From the sequence record KJ019095.1: a DNA stretch of 64,000 nt. One strand, 5' to 3'. The notes beneath the pieces were generated by a model. It did no database searches and was not told the origin of the DNA. It saw nothing but the letters and a program-made list of their open reading frames with translations. The position numbers and the translations under genes are program-made. Each line of letters opens with the position of its first letter. Position 1 is the first letter of the stretch. Below, one piece after another: positions 13,201-21,500 of this stretch.

Positions 13201-13956
13201 GGTAAAGTAACTTCACTCACAATCCTAGACGCAGGACAAGGTTACCCAACAGGTACTGAAATCACTATTGGTATTTCTTCCACGGGTGATAGGGCAGAGG
13301 TTGGTACTACTATCCTCAATCCAATTGATGGTTCTATTATCTCTGTTATCCTATCTAAGAGTGGATCTGGTTACAATCAAAGTAACCCACCATTCGTTCT
13401 TATTTCAGAACCACAGGTAGATATTGAACCTTTGGAACTTATTCCAAATATCCAAGGTTTCAGTGGTATTGTTACTGGTATTCAGGCAACTACAGGTTCC
13501 TCTGGGGCAACCAAGGGTATCCGGGTATTCTACACAGTAGATTCCACAGTTGTTGCTTCTGAACTAAATGCAGGTTACTCAGTTGTTCTATCTAATACTG
13601 TTGTTGGTAATGGTGTTGAAACTATCGGAACTAACGCAGCAACCGTGGTTGGTTTGGGAACACAGTTCCTAGATGCTGTTTATGAGATTAGGTCTAATGG
13701 TAACCTAGGAATAAATGGTGTATGGGAAGCAAATGTATCCAATGGAACTAACATATCTGGTATTGATATTTCTGGAGATAACCTCGGAAGTTTCAGCTGG
13801 GGTAGGTTATCCAATGTTCCAAGAGATATTGATTTGGCACTCTCATACAATGTAGATGGAACTACATACTCACCCAATATGGATAACTACCCAACTCTCA
13901 AGAGAAGTAGTGAAGGTCTCCGTAACGAAGGTGGTATCGCTAAGAGGGTTCTGTAG
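1279..13956 (+). CDS. gp7: Giant baseplate wedge initiator, gp7-like (4225 aa), with an internal YHYH-like module
   Basis: N-terminal FLKQFYISQEYQGG and ARSFYQSKGSEESFKILFRVLYG, a DNDYYQNLSYSIKS...VHPSGLKNF motif, repeated GxGY beta modules, and position between gp6 and gp8. Confidence 0.78.
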   Translation: MIGTELGIDVRVKIQDVVSSQLPDYILSEAPLTDDFLKQFYISQEYQGGTVDFASNLDQYLSLTTLGSENLYTAFELTQDVSIDDTIIHVNTTSTFPNEWGLLKIDDEIVTYTGLTTNTFTGVVRGFSGISSYRDSDNPSELVFETTTAATHTTETNVENLSTLFLKNFYDKLKYTFAPGFENLEFNSEVSVGQWIRQARSFYQSKGSEESFKILFRVLYGEDPLVIDLEQFLIKPSQAEYSRRDYAVAIPVSGNPITLKGKTVYQSDAEDVFGAISEIETFTRDNKLYYRIYFFVSNDEIANERKLFTIPGRSRTQRGWNQGDTTITVDTTLGFRDNNEFITEDGTKFTYLERTVNQFLGVECSDTEKTLGTNEDIIDDITIFGINDAGETVSLRMTGVISDIEFPDEVPFTTPGEKISVDTLGENIISADVTRSEPTQRQIIANSFIYNTSVRMEVDELNGSDFQINTAYLDKAFISPGDSVDILQRGSQLVYVANRKVTSVDYLNSIITINDSFGIPLDQSLDIRRNQNYAKSSTTDIEYGQNSVLSNVLNLYDATEFDGNFYVATNSLPSYDMEVKVVESILTGVTTSNFEGYNSFTDQYSTIIFDSATSFITGDLISYRVISVERTGIPLITEGEYFVEVLSNPRKIKLYVSPSFIGSDNFVGFVYNDAVGAHAFTLEEQKDRRINTKNVFKKIPFTATKQNITIPRTPDVTPSGSPVAVLTNGVEVLSYKSPDKVFLGPLEEVVPVASGEGYSVIGPPNILITPPNIQVTDPTGIPTDGGVARVSPVISGRLKKIYIDPQDFDIEEVFSITVVGGNSRGATAKPQISKRTRSIPFDTRLDIYGGGINPNEETILFLTEHKLAKGDAIIYENNDTQSIGVNVAGGSNIYNGQTLSNGAVYFAEPLNNVTIKIYETLEDLNLGINTVGFTSSQTGFGVQDFTTIPRNQLTGALITDDGGEFVYRKMEFQPENIYPEYDELRYDGHGFSSGDLVEYGTFGSVVGGLSTEKQYYVDALDENIIKLSDAGIGGTSRFDYDRKDYVDFTNIGVGTQFIKYPDVTVNVVVSYASSITGIITATPIIRGGIIQTYVDTGGYYGSDILNFAKTPEVTVQTGEGARIKPVIVNGKVTTVQILSKGINYPPTPDLRVIDKSRKGAGALLRPVVIDGAIQSVVVISTGENYDPLNTDITVIDPARRCILVPRITPLTVNTFARFGFEGLSNNDYSVVAYDRKIREDVYGDLGASHSPIIGWANDGNPIYGGFGFDDPENSSSGFRAMRTSYELFPGEIYGRPPLTLYPAGSFVEDYKFTDNGDLDIYNGRYGRTPEYPNGVYAYFAGISTDTQSLAREPQFPYFIGPEFRDGLGIQDNTVSQDFDINNKDIFRNTFPYAVGNPIIGSEFLDQSYLEDTQDSIIQSINNGTVDNLTIVGAGVSYSVGDIVNFDDTFDYISVVVDQVDGPEVTQIQTLIKSYGKAETKVIKVDNTTVRVYVDPFHEYLDGDKVVISGLSTNTDQLNGTHEINFMREQMTMFAPIPPTLFETVSDIFVNTISDKVSVGSSITVGLGTLSEDMEVINIFPINKALRVKRPVGYGFTHPIGDAVNIAPNYFDIKKNVDSFPSEIDVEYYFNPHQTVAVGLETGVSVGLVYSIGTIDKNISVQTQRIYAPSHGFRTGEEITFEKNDTDTALVVTDGSTVYTLPGVGNTSNAYVVSLSKNYIGIRTVTDGPDLFFSTDGSDSPLYSIKTNRFAETALVDRIQAEVKTKTDHRLGNDDQIFTDVISSGKSGVGTNPNIKLEFDDSSQSLIVDPYFTQPSDIDTVNNLININNHGYTNGDIVLYQNYGSSIGGLTTHHKYYTIPFDRDKFYVAETFVDVRPGTKLPVNLTSVGIGSHKFSKVNPPLLITNNNDIEFDVSSPTLFGKTLEFFFDRTLTEIFDNNSIDNVFVVSGVSTEGYEDARKSIRYSDNNPDVFFYGITEGGYISTADTEVSRNNSIRYEASEYAIEGRVTVIDDSTFTYTLNTIPEKPLYTNPDTQLSYKTSSSTALGGVGRLNIIFSGNNFPALPEFEGIQTEYGQNATIRAESDDIGTLASFRIQNAGWDYSADNTLRPFGVIQPTIRFDNSDFVTEVTVLDGGNGYQNPPNAVLVDSVTREVVDNGSIILEVQSSTITDVIVEVAPSGLSKDLQELWTVNNSNGIPILLIGNIDNVAGVVTYTVQTPIEGYATPPFSVGDRVFVENILVDQDAPPSKLNSGDYGYQFLEVVAVTPTNPITIGIQYPEEAIGNLGYGVTFQQAFSGIVNEDIYPKFAVQQTTAVFLEGERLSIFDSFGNLDETDLVVEESNTSFFKVTGNYDLLVGDVLKGNNSGVILTVTEIDSSSCRYLVDSISRINTGWNDKTGFLNEETQNLPDNDYYQNLSYSIKSTINFEELINPVNRLVHPSGLKNFSDTKIESIGDIGVGSSESSESTVTIDFIGLTDIAETPLRVDRINVFDLGWDANVNNNRSNAIRLQSRTPNKRLTDYIEVRTNRVLMHDDISNEFIDSDNASSKSPYSEFNIITGEYTRGLVQARNPFTDQVQFTEIIVLSVDNSAFTLQKASISDNDLGYGIFEGRSLASSEYQMRFTPFNTDDFDIDLKLLSHKFIFSGESAEEIGYVNLAGNTLSTPDAASTQIYGASNSNNRAVVVHANITTIDGLLYYYEIYAFTDGTDVYYAPYGYSSDVLKGFNSELDGDFNATLQGGKLAIYFTNNTGGPVSITTKSIEFKQSFSGTSPYRFKKNNVPDTEERSIILDSVSTAGVSTQTTEVFRYDTTLFQSVRSIVHISGTDVGAIHQVMTINSDGSTYCEVYPFITEGDEVDSTSGIGTFGSSIDGTDMVLTFYPDAAIGSQALTLTSYNETFYRELDEVNYTFGRPLVYSESEENYYLERYIAPLGLRNNLLRFPLTYEGIPIYEKAFDPATTISINNGNLTLFNITEHFFSPAEELYYLPDTTLANNLKSPIEIQPVVDYRGITTSTMPDRVYAIKRDLNVFQLAPTASDALAGQAIVITGFGTGISHRLGMMKKLEKTIITIDGVIQSPITSALKTFNLDAPLGFDDEYAVLTGIGTIRVGDLFLIDEEYLKIDNVGLSTSQTGPISNTGTIPLIEISRGVVGSSATSHTSGSDLDLYRGSFNIVESDVVFTEAPAGRGEININESNLVQVNSSFQGRTFLQREYDQIALFDDISDLFNGSDYEFNITSAGSTIGEIENGSGVLTINDIYQTPTTDNNAGNNYFYSYGAQTGINTLTFTGITSTNGQRVESRFDINQNQIPRGGVIVSLGSTPGLGYAPLYGAKITPVVTGGVITDIVTTNRVGFTTDVLWADYDNETGDLVVSGIGSALTTQFNITDADYRNTSGVLIITSATSLISAGINPGDIMYLRGMDFSCTSGGAPATLTYPDQDPVYAVDRIVDEFRFSVNAGISTIPHTYVSGGTWQKYSPFQFGREQINPKQVYLNGLEFDCTNSPFITTNIFPDSFESASFVTRDDDAHFRLNVGIASFTHDYVGSGIFGQYIENNPGSGYIDRVSIAVTDPNHSGTPAEIVGIPTAGGELSFTIIGGGSGYNQPTTDTFAPDPAYFNLPVIGVSRRNVGFTTITGKNLFVTVEVSAATTTAIGRSEFFEVSGYQITNQGYGFEEGDVIEVVGIPTDKNLSQPIEPFQLTVLDTFTDNFSAWNFGETDYIDSIKTLQDGSRLNFPLSYKGEELSFESNPSNEDSAAIDLDAILLIYVNTVLQVPGVSYEFTGGNTFTFSQPPFPQDDVDIYFYRGKRNIDSTVITEIDESIRPGDQLQLVKNNKYNDNVFIDLTRTQDLRTVTEIASSDTVRTNIYFGNKDLDTLRERQVGWEKQKRDIFIYGEPAPKTRDSLEPVIVPTAAIIRDTSKSQTELFVSNSEIFVYEEDVPGSSIVLTNISGEIYRPVEYKYNPPVLFEPASIRANVDGNGKVTSLTILDAGQGYPTGTEITIGISSTGDRAEVGTTILNPIDGSIISVILSKSGSGYNQSNPPFVLISEPQVDIEPLELIPNIQGFSGIVTGIQATTGSSGATKGIRVFYTVDSTVVASELNAGYSVVLSNTVVGNGVETIGTNAATVVGLGTQFLDAVYEIRSNGNLGINGVWEANVSNGTNISGIDISGDNLGSFSWGRLSNVPRDIDLALSYNVDGTTYSPNMDNYPTLKRSSEGLRNEGGIAKRVL

Positions 13957-13961
13957 GGTGT

Positions 13962-13969
13962 TATAAATA
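13962..13969 (+). promoter_or_regulatory. T4-type late promoter TATAAATA upstream of gp8
   Basis: Exact consensus in the intergenic gap. Confidence 0.8.
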
Positions 13970-14005
13970 GGGTTTAGGTACTGTATCCTAAATCCTGTAT
14001 ATACA

Positions 14006-15550
14006 ATGGCTGCTTTAATCACAGATGATTTTAGGCTGTTTAACGCCGACAACTTCATCGAATCTGTAACTGATCCGAATAACTCATATTATATCTTTGT
14101 AGGTCTTCCCAACCCGGTTGGTGGAGGCTATGGTAGATCCCTTAATTGGAATAATGATCCACCACAACCCATCGATAACTTCGCATACCTCCGTCATTGT
14201 TATGACACTATGATGTATGGACGAAGAATCACGCCTGGAAATGTCAAGAGGGTGATTCGTCGTATCAACTGGGTCAAGGGGACCAGATACGATCAGTATC
14301 GAGATGACTATAGTGTGAATAACGTTTCACCTAATACTGGTTCCACCAGACTATACGATGCCAACTATTACATTATTAATAGTGAGTTTAAAGTATATAC
14401 TTGTTTGAGTAATGGTTCTAACGGCAATAACCCTAAGGGTGCTGGATCTGAGGATGAACCTAACTTTGTAGACACTGAACCGTCCGCAGCAGGTTCCAGT
14501 GGTGATGGATACATATGGAAGTATTTGTTTACAGTATCTCCTTCCGACGTTATCAAGTTCGATAGTACCGACTACATCACTGTACCCAATGACTGGGGTA
14601 CAACTGATAACTCACAGATTGTTGCCATTAGAGAAAGTGGAGACTCCCTCATCAATGATAGTCAACTAAAACAAGTTTATGTTGATATCCAAGGTGTTGG
14701 ATATGCTGGAGGTATAGGTCAGGAGTTACCTATTATTGGTGATGGTGAAGGTGCTAGAGCCATTGTTGATGTCAACTCTGGACGTGTTACTAACGCTATT
14801 ATTGCCAAGGGTGGTAAGAACTATAGTTGGGGTTTGGTTGATCTTGGTACTATCAATCAGAGTGCTACAACAGCAGCCAAACTAGATGTTATCATCCCAC
14901 CCTCAAGGGGACATGGTTATGATATCTACCAAGAACTAGGTACCGACAGGGTTCTAGTATATGCTAGATTTGATGACTCTACTCAAGACTTCCCTATTGA
15001 TACTAAGTTTGCTCAGATTGGTTTAGTTAGAAACCCAACAGTTAATGGATCTAACCAGATCTTCACTGAGAACACATTCACTTCCTGTGAATCACTCAAG
15101 ATGTTATCTTTCAGTGGTGGTGTAGAAGTTGGTGATATTATCAATCAAGATACTACAGAAGGTACCGCTAGAGGATATGTTGTTTCCTTTGATGAGGAAA
15201 CAAAGGTTATGAAGTATATCCAGGATAGGTCACTATACTATAACCCCAATACATATGATAATACTGACTATGTTGGTATTACTACTAGTGGAAAGAAGAT
15301 ATCCTTTGAGTCTAATCTAAACCCAGTTATTACTAACGACGGTTTCCTATCTACTATTGATACAACCTTTAATGGATCTACCGAAACAGTGGGTGCCAAA
15401 TCAGTAGAACTCGGTGTAGAATTCACAAATGGGGTTGCAGTATCGGAGATAAATACTCAGAGTGGTGAGATACTTTACTTGGATAACAGACCAGTAGTAC
15501 CCAGGAATCCACGACAAAAAGAAGACGTTAAGATCATCTTGGAATTCTAA
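14006..15550 (+). CDS. gp8: Baseplate wedge subunit gp8
   Basis: MAALITDDFRLFNA, RRINWVKGTRYDQY, DGYIWKYLFTV and the C-terminal LYLDNRPVVPRNPRQKEDVKIILEF. Confidence 0.88.
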   Translation: MAALITDDFRLFNADNFIESVTDPNNSYYIFVGLPNPVGGGYGRSLNWNNDPPQPIDNFAYLRHCYDTMMYGRRITPGNVKRVIRRINWVKGTRYDQYRDDYSVNNVSPNTGSTRLYDANYYIINSEFKVYTCLSNGSNGNNPKGAGSEDEPNFVDTEPSAAGSSGDGYIWKYLFTVSPSDVIKFDSTDYITVPNDWGTTDNSQIVAIRESGDSLINDSQLKQVYVDIQGVGYAGGIGQELPIIGDGEGARAIVDVNSGRVTNAIIAKGGKNYSWGLVDLGTINQSATTAAKLDVIIPPSRGHGYDIYQELGTDRVLVYARFDDSTQDFPIDTKFAQIGLVRNPTVNGSNQIFTENTFTSCESLKMLSFSGGVEVGDIINQDTTEGTARGYVVSFDEETKVMKYIQDRSLYYNPNTYDNTDYVGITTSGKKISFESNLNPVITNDGFLSTIDTTFNGSTETVGAKSVELGVEFTNGVAVSEINTQSGEILYLDNRPVVPRNPRQKEDVKIILEF

Positions 15551-15553
15551 TCA

Positions 15554-18500
15554 ATGTCTCAGATTAACCTAGATACCAGCCCATACTTTGACGACTTCGA
15601 TCCGTCAAAGGACTACTATAAAGTACTCTTCAAGCCAGGATTCCCGGTTCAAGCAAGAGAACTTACCACTCTGCAATCAATTTTACAGAACCAGGTAAGT
15701 AACTTTGGAAAGCACCTCTTCAAAGAGGGATCCATGGTTATCCCTGGTAGTATAACTTATAATGCAAAGTATGAGTCTATTGTCATAAACAAACAACAGG
15801 GGGGTATCGACGTTTCTCTATATGCTTCTCGACTAGTTGGTAAAACTATTCAGGGTAAAACTAGCGGAGTTACCGCTAAGGTTATTAACTTCCTACTACC
15901 ACCAAATAACGGAGTAACAAGCCCAACAATTTTTGTTTCATATATCAATAGTGGTTCGGATGCGGCAACAACTGTTTTCGACAATAACGAGGAGTTAATT
16001 TCCACTTCCGACATTGTATATGGTAATACTACAATTACTGCCGGGACTACATTTGCTAGTACTATTTCAACTCTATCCACAGCGGTAGGTTCTGCTGCCC
16101 AGATCAGAGATGGTATCTACTTCATTCGGGGTTTCTTTGCTCAGGTTCGTGAAAGTGTAGTAATCTTAGAACCTTTTAGTAATACTCCTTCATATAGAGT
16201 TGGTCTACAGATCACTGAACAGGTTATTACTGCTGGTCAGGACAACTCACTATATGATAACGCCAAGGGGTTCAATAACTTCTCAGCACCAGGTGCAGAT
16301 AGACTAAAAATATCCACCAAACTTATTAAGAAACCACTAGACGATTATAATGATACTAACTTTGTAGAGTTATTACGTGTTGATAACGGTGAAGTTAAGA
16401 AAATTGCGGAGAATAGTGACTATAATATCATTAAGGACTACCTAGCACAAAGAACCTATGAGGAGTCTGGTGACTATACCCTGTTTGGTATGGGTATTAA
16501 AGTTGCAGAGTCATTAAGTGATAACTTAGGTAACGGTGGTGTATATCAGTTTGATCAGAAAACAGAGCAAGGGGGAACACCCACTGACGATCTAGCGGTA
16601 GTTAAAGTATCTGCTGGTAAGGCATATGTTCGAGGTTATGACATCAATAATCCTGGAACTGTTAACCTAGACATCAACAAACCCAGAACAACAGAGAACG
16701 TCGAAGCAAGTTCCGTTCCCTTTGAGATGGGAAGTAAGTTCTTCATCAATAACGTTACAGGAACTCCTGTTATTGGTCTAGACGTTAATGATAATATCGT
16801 CGAACTATACAATGGTCGTGTAGATGGTGCAGGATCCTCTACAGGAGACCTTATCGGTGAGTCTCGTGTATATTCCTATTCCCTAGAAGACGCACCCTAT
16901 ACAGGTCCTTCTACACCTTGGAACCTATATCTATATGATACTCAGATCTTTACCAAACTAACTCTAAATGTAGATGCAACTGGTAATATCCTAACTTCAT
17001 ATAAGGTGAGGGGTCTCAGTAGTAACGCTACTGGTTATGTTCGTTCTGTTAGTACCACAGAAGTAGTTCTAACTCAGGTATCTGGTGAATTTATCAGAAA
17101 CGAAGCTATTTCTGTTAATGGAAAGATATCCAGTTCACTTAGTGTATCTTTAGTTGATAGTTACAGGAATAACGATGTTAGATCCATTAGCCAGGCAAGT
17201 TCCTCACTAGATCCAAACATTGAAGTTGACTTTAGTGCAGATACTCTCCAATACTCTGCTATTCCAACTGGTTTCACAGCTTCAGATTCAGTTACAATCA
17301 CTACTGGTGGTGTTGTTACTTGTCCTGGTAGAATATTTGATGCTTTCCGAGTTGGTGATGTTATTGGATATCAGAAAGCTGGATCAGAAGTAATTACATA
17401 CAATCAAGTATTATCACTCAACGCCACTAACACCAGTATTACTGTTGATGCAGTTGCAAATGTTGCTGGTGTTTGTGATGGAACTTTACCTTCATCCGAA
17501 ACTAGATCTGGTATTAGGTTATACAACTCTAGACTCCTTAACCAAGAGATTTCTCAGTTATATGCAACTTTAGAAGAGAGGAATATTTCCAGTGTTGATT
17601 TGGCATCATCGTCATTAACCTTCGCCAAACAGATCAACAACTTATCTACAGATGCTAGTGGTGTTCTAACTGTAAATGTATCCGACCTAGATGTTTCTGG
17701 TGCGGTATTTGAAGCCTTTGATCAAGAGAGATATAGTATTCATTATTCCAATGGAACTACACAATCTCTTAGTTCTAGTCAGGTAACTATTACATCCTCA
17801 ACAGCAGAATTTACAAACTTACTCCCAAGTCAGACAACCAACGTAACACTCAATTGTACTGCTATCAAGACTGGTATTAAGTCTAAGACTAAAGTTCTAC
17901 TTAGGTCTCAACTATTAGAAGTTACCAAGGCAAGCAGTGGTATTTCTACTGTGGCTCAGGGTTTGGGACAAAATGACTACTATGGTTTAAGGGTTGATGA
18001 TGAAGAGATCTCACTAAATGTATCAGATGTAACTAATATTGTTGCTGTATATGAGTCATTGGATGATGGTACCCCAACGTTTGATGTTCTAGGTTTTGTC
18101 AATGGTTTAGAACTAGACACTAGAGTTGCAGTTGGAGAACAGATCAAGGGTGATGTATCTGGTGCTATTGCTCGGGTTGTTACAGTTGCAACACCTGCTT
18201 CAGTCAATATTGTATACCTAACTGAATCAACTTTTGAAGTTGGTGAATTAGTTACGTTTATGGAATCCAAGATTGAAACTAATCTTCAATCTATTACAGA
18301 AGGTAACTACAGTAACATTACAAACAGATTTACACTTGATAAAGGACAACGTGAACAGTTCTATGACTATTCTCGTCTAGTCAGGAATAAGAATGCTAAA
18401 GCACCTAACAAGAGAATACTAATCATCTATGATAGATTCGCTGTTCCAGTGAATGACAAAGGTGATTTCTACACTGCCAATAGTTACTCCGAAGAAGACT

Positions 18501-21500
18501 TCAGTAAAGGTGTTCCTATGTTGGCTGGTGGAACTCTCCGTGCCTCGGACACCCTAGATTTTAGACCCAGAGTCGCCGCCTTTACCTCACTCAACTCCTC
18601 ACCATTTAACTACACTTCTCGTGACTTTGGTGACAATGGTAATACTGTTATCCTAGTTACCAAACCAAGTGAAAGTATGGTTCTAGGTTATAGTTACTTT
18701 GTTGGAAGAAGGGATCGTATTGTACTAGGATCTAATGGAAAATTCAGTGTAATTGAAGGTACACCCGCTGAGTTCCCAACATTACCCACAATTGGTGATG
18801 GTGTAATGGAACTCGCCCAAATAACTTATCCACCATACCTATACTACATCGAAGACGTTCAAATTATCGAGGTTGATAATAGACGATATACGATGAGAGA
18901 TATTGGTAAGTTGGAAGATCGTATTGAGAACTTAGAAGAAGTTACGTCACTTTCACTACTAGAAAGGGAAACAGAATCACTACAAGTTTTGGATGAAGAT
19001 GGTAACGACAGATTTAAATCTGGTTTCTTTGCCGATGATTTCACGAATGCAGAATTTATTGATAATGATTATGAAGATACCAACATTGATGTTGAACCTG
19101 CAACTTCTTCCCTAGTCACTAGACAGTTATTTTCCACCATTCCATTAAGAGCTCAACTATCAGAAAGTATTGATGAGAACATAGTTGATTTGAGTGATAA
19201 CTTACCTCTAGTAGATACTAATCTACAAAAGACTGGTGATATAGTTACCCTATCATATGTTGAAGTTCCTTGGATTACACAACCACTATCTTCGAGAACA
19301 GAAAATGTTAACCCATTCAATGTTATTCTATTCAATGGTAGTATTACATTAAACCCAGCTTCTGATGATTTTGTTATTACTAGACAGATTCCAGGCAATA
19401 CTCAAACTATTGATGTATTTGGTGATGGAAACAGTTCTAATTTCGATCAGACGTTTGTTGAGAGTGTAGAAACTGCTCAGTGGATGAGATCACGTAACAT
19501 TGCTTTCCACGGTCGTGGAATCAAACCCTTCACTCAGTTCTATGCGTTCTTTGACGGAACTTCTGGTATTGATATTATCCCCAAACTTATTGAAATCACC
19601 ATGACTAACGGTGCTTTCTCCGTTGGGGAGAGGGTTGTTGGTACTACTGGAGGTAGAAGAATCTTTGCAGCTAGAGTAGCTACACCTAATCATAAGGAAG
19701 GTACTTTCAATAGTCCAGATAGAACTTTTGAGACAAATCCATATAATAGGGACGCTCAGTTGGCGTCTTCATACTCAGCCTCGTCTACAGTTCTCAATAT
19801 TGATACCAACTCACTAGCAGATATCACTGACTCACGTTTCTTTGGTTATATCACACCAGGAACTAGATTAGTTGGTCAGTCTAGTGGAGCTATTGCTGAT
19901 GTTACAGAAGTAAAATTAATCGCTGATACATTTGCTGAACTATATGGTGCTATTTGGTTGAGGGATCCATACGCATCCCCAACACCATCATTCAGACTTG
20001 CTACCGGTGTTCGTACACTAAAACTAACCTCTAGTACAACTAACGCACAATCTACACTTGGTGGAACAACGATCTCCTTTGCAGAGTCTAACTTCCAATC
20101 TAGTGGTTTGGTTCAGAACAGGCAGACTGATACTACTGTGGTAACAGTTAGACCCCTACCACCACCACCCCCACCAATTATTATTGACCAAACAGTTACT
20201 ATTGTCAATAACAATACGACAGTTATCGATAATACTGTTACTCAAAATATCGATAATACTCAAACTATTATCCGAGAAGTGGAAGTTGACGATGACGACC
20301 CATTGGCACAGACCTTTATGGTTGATGAGACCGGTGCGTTCCTAACCAGTATTGATCTGTTTATGGCTACTAAGTCTGAAACAGATAACTTAATTGTTCA
20401 GGTTAGAACTACTGAGTTGGCAACTCCAACCAACCTTCTTATTCAAGATTTTGCTGAGGTTGTTCTATCACCTGATCAAGTTAATGTATCAGAAGATGGG
20501 ACTGCGGTAACTAAAGTTACTTTCCCCTCTCCCATATATCTTGAGTCAGGTATAACATATGCCGTTGTACTACTTGCCCCAACTACTGACGAATACACTT
20601 CGTTTATTGCTGTTATGGGTGAGGAAAATATCTCTGGTGAGATTGATCCTAACTTAGATCTAAACGCAACACTACCTGAAGGTTCTACTCAGAGTAACTC
20701 CAATATCCCAGGAACTGCTATTATTTCTCAGCAGTATCTAGGAGGATCACTCTTTAAGTCTCAGAATGGTACTATCTGGACACCAACTCAGTTTGAGGAT
20801 CTTAAGTTCACTCTCAACAAAGCACAGTTTAACCAGACTCCAGGAACTCTATTCCTCAACAATCCACCACTAACTGAGACCGGAATTCTACCACCTGATC
20901 CAATTGAAACACTACCTAGAAAACTCAAGGTATCTGTAAGTTCTAATACTTACAACTTCAGTGAAGGTGATATCATTTCTTCTGTTGGTTCAGGTGCTAC
21001 CAATACCGCGTTGGTAACTGGTGACCTAGAGACCCTAGGTGGTCCACTAGCAACACTCGATGTAACTGACCCTGGTGTTGGTTTCATTGATGGTTCCTAC
21101 AGTAGTGTAACTGTATATCCAATTACCAGTTCTGGTTCAGGTGCTGAACTCAATGTTACCATTTCTGGTAATGTAATTACAGCAGCAACAGTAACTACTG
21201 GTGGTTCTGGTTATAGAGTTGGAGATACCATTGGTATTACAACCGCTGATGTTGGTGCCGCTGGTGGTGACTCTGTATTGACTCTCGATACCATTGGTGA
21301 TACAGATACACTATTCCTCACTAACGTACAAGGTGAGAAGATGGTTATAACAGAGAGTATTAAGGTATACGATACTGTTACTGAATCCCTAAGGACAACT
21401 GGTGTAGATATTACAACAGAATCTGAAGTTCTCAATCCAATGTATAATGGTAGTATCTTTGTTGCTAACATACCCAATCATGGTATGGAAGCAGACAACA

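Noticed and set aside
2078-21477. Numerous 60-110 aa ORFs nested in or antisense to gp7, gp8 and VrlC
   Set aside because: These are typical shadow ORFs of long biased genes, with no RBS or promoter support or protein motifs.
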